Shown here one piece after another: positions 50,701 through 60,000 of a stretch of 64,000 bases of DNA. Under the pieces are notes generated by a model, which saw only the letters and a list, made by a program, of their open reading frames with translations, made no database searches and was not told the origin of the DNA. Source of the DNA: Oculina patagonica (lineage: Eukaryota); NCBI RefSeq assembly GCF_052425735.1, contig NC_135767.1, positions 1,488,001-1,552,000 on the forward strand, read 5' to 3'. Each line of letters starts with the position of its first letter. Positions within the stretch are counted from its first letter, which is position 1. The translations under genes and the position numbers were made by a program.

Positions 50701-50785
50701 ACAGATAAAACAAGCCAAAGAGTTCACAACATTTAGACTGGAAAAAATTATGGACATTGCTAACAAAAATTATGTTGCACCTTAG
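44729..50785 (+). CDS. DED - STAND P-loop NTPase (NB-ARC-like) - TPR protein, NLR-like, ~817 aa
   Basis: Exons 44729-45008, 46646-48283, 49297-49562, 50516-50785; phases 1,1,0; 2454 nt. Exon 1 is a DED (FKSLLMSISDQL..DLDRMKF..LF..AGRIDL, with the RxDL motif). Exon 2 has FYGR, Walker A GPPGYGKS, Walker B ILILDNAED, sensor IASR, NIPL (GxP-equivalent) and a winged helix ending VHRVIQ. TPRs follow (HPLTGTLYNYLGN..LGNFDKAVEYFSKALSIR..HQKTSRTLHDLGVAY). Confidence 0.88.
48777..49248. mobile_element. TIR element with 6-bp TSD in intron 2 of the STAND gene
   Basis: TIR GAGGGTCTGAATGGGGTT / AACCCCATTCAGACCCTC; TCACAA at 48771-48776 and 49249-49254. Confidence 0.8.
50234..50407. repeat. 25-bp minisatellite (~7 copies) in intron 3
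   Basis: Unit GCCATAATYGGGTCCCATAATYGGA; it causes the spurious PIMAPIMG ORFs. Confidence 0.9.
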
Positions 50786-50841
50786 GACTGGAATTGAAGA
50801 TGTTACTTTAGTCATGTAACGGAGTTCTACATATAACCAAC

Positions 50842-51088
50842 TAGCCTGTGTTGCAGACGAACTAAACCTGGTATAGTCCGTCTGCGAACCAGCCAACGTG
50901 TAACTATGGTTTCACTGACGAGATCTACTCGACCAATCACGGCGCACGAAAGAATGGACCTAGTCAAGAGCCAATCAGTAGCTATTATAAAATACCCGGG
51001 TTACACGCGGGGGAGAGGGGGACAAGCTTTTGTTCACTGGCTCGCAGACGGACTATACCGGGGGTTTGTTCGTCTGCAACGCCGGCTA
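50842..51088. mobile_element. MITE (shorter related copy at ~8558-8650)
   Basis: TAGCCTGTGTTGCAGACGAAC / GTTCGTCTGCAACGCCGGCTA. Confidence 0.7.
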
Positions 51089-51547
51089 ATAACAAATGGG
51101 CAGTTTGAACAGTTCAGCTACTATCACGTGATTTCGTAACTACCCCCTCCCCCCCCCCCCCCACTGCACGAGATGTGAAATTGCTCTCCCGTCGTGAGTG
51201 GAAATATTTAAAGAAAAAAAAAAAACAGGCAGCTTTACAAAATGTAACTTCAGGACAAAACGTCAGTAACAAATCCTAAAACAACAGACGATTTCCCTTT
51301 TCTTCAAGAACAAAATTTGTAAATAAAAATTTAAAGTTCAGTTTAACGTGTCACTTTTTGTCCTTGAGCAGCAAGTATCAGGTGATAACATTTTTTTGAA
51401 AGTGACGGACGTTTGGGATTTCAGGGATTTGAAGTAGTGAATTGTTATTTACCCTCGTGTGGACCCTCGTGTGCAGATGGCCTTGATTTCCAGTAGTTCT
51501 GGGAGTCCAGTTGTCAAGAAACGCGGGCTCACAGAACGGCTGGACCA

Positions 51548-51721
51548 CAGGGCCGTACATAGGATTTTTTGTCTGTGGGGGCAAGTTTTCCTGGCGGGGG
51601 CAACTGGGGTTTTTTAGTTTAGTTTTTCTTTTTTTTCTTTAGTTTTCTCAGTTTAGTTTTCCTGGTGGGGGCAACTGCCCCCGCTGCCCCCGCCCCCCCC
51701 CCCCCGCTAGGTACGGCCCTG
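51548..51721. mobile_element. hAT-type MITE
   Basis: TIR CAGGGCCGTAC / GTACGGCCCTG; flanks GACCA / GACAA. Confidence 0.7.
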
Positions 51722-52545
51722 GACAAGCGCACATACGTCTCCTATTTAAACCGAAACCGAGATTAGAAACTCCAAAGCGGTCAGTGAGCCAGGCCCAGGG
51801 GCAGTTTTTCCCCACTCCCTCGTCCTTAAGACTGGTTAACACTTGCGAGATAAGCGCAAGCATAACCCCAAGGATGTTCACACTTGAGATAAGCTCAAGC
51901 ACAAGACGACCTACGCATACACAATGTTTAAGAAATTGTATAATAAACTCTTAATGATGGGAGTCACCTCAATAGTTTAATTTTGTGCGGCTTGTGTCTG
52001 TGCTTATCTTACGCTGGTTCACACGAGTTTTTATTATGACTATGCTTATCACACAATTGTGAACCAGGCTTAACAGTTTTGCGTTCCAATTGAATAAATC
52101 CTGAGGTCAAATGTACCAAAAATCCTGTCATTTTACTTGCCCCAGACACACTTGATGAGCTTTCAAACACGAGAAATGTAAGTTCGAGACATCTGACCTT
52201 TTAAGTAGAAAATAAATAACATCTACCAAGCATTACATGGATCCGTCGTTTCTACTCATCACCTAAGAAAGGAAAACTCCTTCCTCTTTTCACGTTATAT
52301 CGCATAAGGCCTGGTTTTCATCCCCTTGCTAAAGAAATAAGTTAAGACGAGCATTTCTTTAGGGTTGCTGGGTATGATAACGGATAATGTGACCCAAAGA
52401 GGTCTTCTGGTTCAAGTCTAGTACTATTCTTTTATTTCTTTTTTGGTTAAATAGTTGTAACTTGAAACCAAGCAACAATCCACTCTGTTACAAAGATCAA
52501 TACATTACTGCCTTTAACATGTCAATTTACATTTTGTTTTGTTTC

Positions 52546-52587
<42 letters not shown>

Positions 52588-53321
52588 CAACAACTAAAAC
52601 TCTAGTACAGACTGGAAAATCTGGCTATCTATATCACCAAAGCTTTTTTTAAAAAACCTTACTTTGCTTGTGGAACTGCAGTTTATCAATTAATGGAACA
52701 ACTTTCTTATAGTTGCACTCAATGGTTCACTGAATACTATCAGCTTATTATGTCTTAACACTTTCATCTATGGTTGACGTCTGGGCTTGGGAATGCACTG
52801 AGTCCTCTGTGAACTGAAATCCGCCAATCTGATTGGCGGATTTCCTGCAATCCCTTTGAGTGTTTACTAAAACAATCACACTGCTCCCCCCTCGCTTCCT
52901 ACAAGCGACAAATAACTCGGCTGTGCCTCGTTGACAACAGTCAACTCTCGCCTTGCGGACTCCCTGCTATTGCGGACAAAATCCAGATCCCCGGCGGAAG
53001 AGGTTTGACTGGAAATGACTCCCGCTTTTACGGACTCTCGCTATAACGGACGCTAAACGACGCCCCGAGCGTGTCCAATACAACAAGAGTTGACTGTATT
53101 TGGTCATAGAAAGTAAATTTCGATAAAGTAGACTACGCGCGTCGACCCGCGCGTCTCGCTTCCAGATCTTACACGGCCATTTTCCCTGTCGCACTATTTT
53201 AAGCTTCACGCTGGACGAACTAAAATAAAAGAGGGGCCGGAGTGCTCGTAGTCTAGAATAAAGTTACACGTGAAACAAGCGTGGTCATTGCTATTAACAA
53301 CGGACCACTATTATCATGATA

Positions 53322-53618
53322 GGTAAAGTCTGCTTCGAGCCTAGTGGCCCATACAGGCCGGAGCTTATCCCGGTTTCCGTAGCATTAAGCGACTGAGAGT
53401 ATTGCTACTCCCCCCTGGATGGGATGCTAGTCCATCGCAGGGTTACCCCCCAGCAGTAAATTCGCCGGTACCCATTTATACACCTGGGTGGAGAGAGGCA
53501 CTGTGAGAGTAAAGTGTCTTGCCCAAGAACACAACGCAGCGCCCCGGCCAGGCCTCGAACCCGGGCCGTTCGACTCGGAGGCGAGCGCGCTAACCATTAG
53601 GCCACCGCGCCTCCCACA
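53322..53618 (-). mobile_element. full-length tRNA-derived SINE with 12-bp TSD
   Basis: Minus strand has A box TGGCCTAATGG, B box GGTTCGAGGCC and a TTTACC tail; ATTATCATGATA at 53310-53321 and 53619-53630. Confidence 0.9.
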
Positions 53619-53657
53619 ATTATCATGATAACATAATCAAAATGTCTTCTTATGCTT

Positions 53658-53921
53658 CTAAGGAGCAACATTATTGTTGTTAGCAAAGTCCATAATTCTT
53701 TCCAGTCTGATGTTGCTAAACTCTCTCGCTTGCGTCATCTGTTCCGTGCACTCCTGTATTTTCACTTGTATTTGCTGAGCAGTTGTTTCGGGTAAATTCA
53801 TCTGACAGCATAACTCGCTCTTCTCTTTGAGGGACTTGAGTTTCTCGTGTGGAACGTCAAATAACTTCTCTTGGATCCTGACAGCCGCGTTAAGTTGTTC
53901 CATTGCTGTCACAAAGTTTCC
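53658..53921 (-). CDS. intact terminal exon paralogous to the last (TPR-helical) exon of the DED-STAND-TPR gene; parent transcript unresolved
   Basis: Acceptor TTCATTTCCAG|GGA is identical to that at 50516. The 87-aa product GNFVTAMEQLNAAV..IMDFANNNNVAP* matches 59/87 residues of 50516-50785 by hand alignment, with the same stop position. Confidence 0.8.
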   Translation of the reverse strand, partial: GNFVTAMEQLNAAVRIQEKLFDVPHEKLKSLKEKSELCCQMNLPETTAQQIQVKIQECTEQMTQAREFSNIRLERIMDFANNNNVAP

Positions 53922-53998
53922 CTGGAAATGAAAGAGAAAGCAGCATCGATGAAGACGCCGAAAAGTCACACGCAGTGCCGGGATGTCACCCCCATTTA

Positions 53999-54368
53999 CC
54001 GTATTTATTCGATTAAGCGCCCTTGGCGCTTATTAAATTTTTGGACCTTGAGGATGGGCGCTTATTTGAGGTGGGCGCTTATTACATTTTCACCCTTTTT
54101 AGCAAGTAGTACGCTTATTTTGCAAGAAAACAGTAAATAATAACTAAACGTGAAGATGTACCAAAGCTGAATTTTAACTGTTCATTGAAAGTTTCTGTAA
54201 ATTACTAAGAAAGCTCGGTCTTCGGGGTAGTCTCTTGGTAGTACTTAGTCGATTTCACTCCTATCATTTTACTCCTCTCGTGCACTTCATTCTTTTAGGG
54301 GGTGGGGGTGGGCGCTTTTTCGAGGTGGGCGCTTATTCGAGGTTGGGCGCTAAATCGAATAAATACGG
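53999..54368. mobile_element. Tc1/mariner-superfamily MITE (CCGTA ends)
   Basis: TA|CCGTATTTATTCGATT ... AATCGAATAAATACGG|TA, with GGGCGCTTATT repeats. Confidence 0.85.
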
Positions 54369-55783
54369 TAAGTAGTAGAATCGTTTTTTACTTCTGAGGA
54401 AATAGCGCGACTACACGATTACACGATAATCAAATCGAAAAAAAGAAAATATAACTTTATTTCGCATTCAAGTTCATGCCTGTCCTGGGTTTGCAAAAAT
54501 AGTCAAATCTACTTAGCTATCGTGCTGGACAATTTAATACAAATTTAACGTAGTGCCTGACTGTGCGACACTGTCACTAAAAGAATTAATTTTTCAGTTC
54601 AGTGGTTGTTGTTAGAGAGGTTGCTAACTAAATATGTATTATATTAAAGACAAATTAAGTCGAAATTGAACTGGAATATTGATGATGGCGCTGAACTCAC
54701 GCTGTACTCAATCTTCGTCTGAAGTATCGGAGCTAATTGTGATCGAACGTGAACGAATCCGCTTCCTCTGAACATCAGAATCTGACTGTGAAGAACTATA
54801 AAGGCAATGAATAGGAAAAGAAAAAGTAAAATTTTCTGGCACCTCTATTTAACTGTGATCCTGTGTCTATTGTTTTCAGAGCAAATTTAAGAATCATCAT
54901 ATCACGAGCGTGAGACAATGAAAGAAAGAAAATCTTAGTCCCCGACGGCCGACGGGAAGCGAACCGATGACCTCCCCATGATCTCCCTTATTCCTTTTGA
55001 TCTCCAAACAGTTTTCTATAGCTAACAGAGGGATCTTTACGGCCATTGCCCCGAAATAAAACTGAACATAGATTTTTACCCAAACTTCGCCTACTGGTTT
55101 ATTACTTTAAGGGAACTTAAATTTTGAAATAAAAAAGGGGGGTCAGCACATTCGTTTAGGAGCAGGAAGACCTTGTATATTCCATATAATTCCTTTATAA
55201 TTCCTCTCCGAGTACTGGCAAAGTACAAAGTTTAGCGATAATTTATTTTCTCAAACATAGGAATTGATCTGTTTTCATTTTACAGAAAGAATTTGATCGC
55301 TACACCCAAAATGTGAGAAAAAATTGATAGGTCACCATACTCGTTTACGAGAAAGCGACAATTTACTTCTCTCGCGGTCTAAGCCGCATAGAAAAAAGCC
55401 GCCATTTTGTTTATGTGCGCGCGCTAATTACGCGTAAAATTCTGCGCAGTTAAGATGCGCAATGCAATACAGGGCAATGACCTTAATAACGCATAAAGCG
55501 AACTTATTTTATTCCTCCTGGCAAACTAAGGTTTTTTAAAAAATGTTGCCTAGCGTCTGTGCTTGGTGAAAGTATTTTTCTAATCATCTTTCAAAATATA
55601 ATATTTATTACAGTGACCAATGGATAAAATATTTCAGGCTAGAAATTAAATGGAGATTTCTATGCAATAAAGGAAAAACAACAACAACATTCCCGAGCCT
55701 TACTTTCTTTTTTGTTTGCCTTTTTTCATAGCGTCAGCCTTCTTCGGTCCTAGTACATAAGGTTTTATCAGACTGATGATCTT

Positions 55784-57057
55784 TTAGTTTTCAGCTGCGG
55801 TGCGTTTTACGACTTCAAGTTGATTTTTGACTTCTTTCACTTCCTTCTTCAATTCCTCGTTTTCCACTTCAAGCTTCTTCCGGTTGCTACGCTCCCTTTT
55901 CAAAGATCTTTTCAACGTTTTTTTGTCTTTTTTTAATCGTTTTACGTCCTCTTCTACGTCGTCCAACAAAACATTTGCTGTGTCTTGGAGAAGAGACCAA
56001 GTTCTCTTCAGGTGGTCCTCGGTAGAGGCTTCAATGTGGATGGTCAAATTACTCCTTTTGTCCTGAGGTTGAAATAAAAATCAATACATTTATTTATTCC
56101 CATGTTAAGTTTGGTCTGGCACGGGCGAAACATTTCCCTACACTGCTTTCAGTTGCTATTTAGACATTCAAAGAACGTGAGCCATGCTTGATGATGAGTA
56201 GCCTGCGAACAGGATCTCTGCTCGAGGATGGGGCGAAGAGAAAGTGGGAAGAAAAAGGAGGGAGAAGTGGTGGGGAGGATTGCACGAGATGGAGGTCTCC
56301 ACCCCTTCCCCCTTTCCACTTCACTCTCAACAATTTTCTTCTCGGCCCGCAGCCAGTACCTTCGCAGCCCTTCAAACCAGTGTCTGTTCATAGACGAGAG
56401 GCTTAATATTCATGATGGGAATCTGCGGGAGCGTTATGTTATGAATTACGCTGAACAATGCTAAGCCACTGACACTAATGAAAAAATTCTCACCATGCAT
56501 AACTTACATGAAAGGTGCACCCTGCCTCCTTGTAAGGGCAGGTAACCATCGTCAACAGACAATCGTTTTTCACATGGTTCTTCACCTGCAAAAGAACATG
56601 CATACGTAGATGTGTAAGTAGGTTTACTTATCCTAATTTGTTTGTTTGAAAAAGAGACAGGCAGCTTGGTGTACGTAATAATTGGTTACAGTCAGCTTAG
56701 CTGACCGACACAGTCTAATGGTTTGTTTTGGGGATCTTTCTAGGCCCTCTTACTATTTTTTACAATAATAGGCACTGAAAATTCTTTTGCTCTCGCTAAT
56801 TAAGAGCTTTGGCACTTAATTGCATCCATTTTAAAATCTCCGGTGATCCTTGCAATATGGTTGGCTCTTAGCAGGGCGATTTATTTACGAAACGCACTAT
56901 ATTTTGCTCTAAATCGCATCTTTTCCCCAGCCAATGAGAAAAGAGCACTAAAAAAAACAATCAGATTTTAAGGCTTGCTTAGCTACAATCAAATTGCAGA
57001 AAATGAAGTGATGAGCCATATCCATGATTCATGGATATGGCGCTATATAAATCTTTT

Positions 57058-57088
<31 letters not shown>

Positions 57089-60000
57089 TTTATTTAATTC
57101 ACTCTAGATCGCCTAATTCGCCTTTTTTTATTATTTCTGGATCAATAAATATTGGTACTAACTAAAATCCTGAATTTGGACTGTTGCGTGCTACCCTCGT
57201 AAAATAAAGGCGATTTATTTTATTTTTTTTTTTAAATCATATTTGTGATTTCAAATCGCGCTGCGCCCTCGTTCGATTTTGAAATCACACGTACATGTTT
57301 ATGATTTCAGACCAAATTGTACTCCACTGACTTTAATTACCACTTTACATTCTCTCTAATTCGTCAGTACGTTTCAACGATACTACGATAGTCATCTCAA
57401 GGCAATGAAAGATGTGGTCGATTCTTTACTAGTTTAACCAATTATAGATAATTTAGGAAAGAACGTTTATTCGTTTGTCTCACGAATAGCAGCGAACCAA
57501 CGTGTAAATAGTGACGCGCAAACAATCGACGTCAACGCCTAATGAAGACTAGCAGTATTGCAGTCGAAACGTCGCGATCAACATCTCAAAACGATTCTAT
57601 CGTGAGACAAACGAATAAACGTTCATTCTTACCTTACACTACGATGAACAATATTCACATCTTAAATGACATAAAGATAATTTTTTACCTCCTCTCGGGG
57701 TATTTCTCGCACTCCACATTGCTGAGGACAATCAAGAGGAAAGCGTTTGCATTTGTTTTGGTGAATCTGTTGATTTTAATAAACATTACGTTTGCGCGAC
57801 AGGTTCCCAATATACTTGTACGCTACGTAAAATCCTAATCACGCAATATATTTATCTAAAAAAAGGCAAGGTCCCAAATTTAATTGATCATTGTATGACC
57901 AAACACACGACATACATAGTAAATAAACCTGCAAAAGTAGCCTGTTCGAGGGGTTCGCTTAGTTGGAGGAGCCATTGCGAAAAACGGGATTGGTGCGAAG
58001 AACCCCCCTCCCCCCTTACGTTCACTCGCCGTTTTCCACGCTGCCCAGAACACGCTAGTGAAAAAGCAGCATCTGAAATGGGGAAAGCGCAGAAAGCACA
58101 TGAATTCTAGCTACCTAACGCCTGGCTATGTGAAAACTCGGACTTCCTGTATCCACCCTGACATTGTCAGCAGTGTACCAGCTCTCGCAAGCTTGTAAAT
58201 CTAGTAGTCCTCTAGTGTAGCAGCTGTTATTGTGTTTGGGACTAGGGGCATTGTTCATGTTTGTTCTATTGTTCTCTTGAAAGGAAGCGAGTAATTCATA
58301 CGAGACCTTCCGAGAGCTGCGAGCCGATCCGAAATTAATATTGTTGAGGGATTGTTGCGCCTGACTCGTCCCCAGTCGTCTTCTTATAGCACTCGGCTAT
58401 ATGAAGACGACTGGGGACGAGTCAGTTGTTGCGCAACATAAACTGCACGCAACAAGTCTAAAGAAGGATCAGGGAGGCGCACGCGCTGCAATTTTGTTGC
58501 AATGTTGCACTGTGTGTCCGCCACATAAGGAGGCTCGATGTAGTTTTTTTAGCCCCACGGTGGTCGTTTTGAAAATGAAAATTATCTAGGAAGCTAATGT
58601 TCGACTACTGACAAAATACACCATAATAATCAATTTAGACCAACGTTTAATTTTTTACTGGTCACTTCGTCACAAATGTTACCATAGCAACGACTTTCGT
58701 TTTCTTTTGTTTTCAAACCAGCTGGATTTTCTCGAAATCTAGATTGACATCTTGGTATTCATTTTTTGAATTGACTACCTGTAGACAAAATTTTAGAAAA
58801 ATCTGCAAAAATCCTTGATAATTTTCATTTTCAAAACAACCACCCTAGGGCTAAAAAAAACTACATCGAGCCTCCTTAAGGCTGTATCCAGATTCGACTG
58901 AGGAATGATATAGTCTGTTTCAGGCGTTTGCTTAGTCTGGAGAAGCACGAAAAAAAAAGAAGTTTGGATTCTTCCCCGCTCCCCTTTCCCTATTTTTTAG
59001 GTTGCCGTTTTCGCGCTGCTACCCAACAATAATCGAACTCTTGGAACAGGCTAAGGAATAAGACAATTCTTATAAGGGTAGGGTGGCAGAAAGTGATTAG
59101 GCTAGCATATGAAACAAACATTCATGAACTTCAGCGTCAACGTTAAAATGAAATCGGTATTTCCTGCATTTCAGTGTTCGTGTAGGGAATTTGTACATGA
59201 ATACATTACTGCGGTCTAAAAACAGCCGAACTTACAGATGGTTCGTAAACATTGTGTAACCTCACCTCTGTGCGAAAGAAAGCAAACTTCGTTTGACAGT
59301 ATTCACATTGCACAATCCTTTTGCGACATTCTGCAGTTTTGTGATGTTGCAAGAAAAATCGTTCCGTTACTTCGTCACAGTCATCACAGACAACATCTTC
59401 ATATTGACACATCCTGAAGTGTTTCTGAGAAAAAAGAAAAACAAACACTAGTTACTTCCTTGATCTTGCAACTTCCGTGACGACTGTTCCATCCATACCT
59501 GAGCCAGGCGGCGTTTTCCATGGTCTCCTGCTCAGACACTCTTTGGGCTCGTCAAGTGTTCCTCCCCCACGAAACGGGGTAGAAACTTGTCCAGTCCCTG
59601 AACTCTCTCTTCCGCGGCGCGAGAAAAGAGAGTCCAGGATAACTTGCATGCGCATGCTTAGAATGAACCAATCAGAAACGAGGAGTTTGGCGTTACTTGC
59701 TTGGGACGCGCTTGCTAGGGTTAAAATTGCTCGCTCAAATGACGAATTAAACTACGCGACCAAGCACGCGAAAAATGCAAAAAAACTGTGCTGAATTGCG
59801 TGCAAAGCCAGTTCAATGAACAGGTACAAAATACCAGGAATAGTTGACGGATAGCGATTTGTGTTAATCCTGCTTTAGTACACAGAGTGAACTCGTCATC
59901 TGTGCGCGCGCGTTTTCAAAATTGCTGCGAAATATGGTTTCCCCTGATTTCGGGAAAAAAAACTGGCGCATGTGCATTCAAGATATCCTGGACCCTCTCT

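Noticed and set aside
53530-53617. tRNA gene
   Set aside because: The A/B boxes belong to the SINE head, which continues into a SINE body, tail and TSD.
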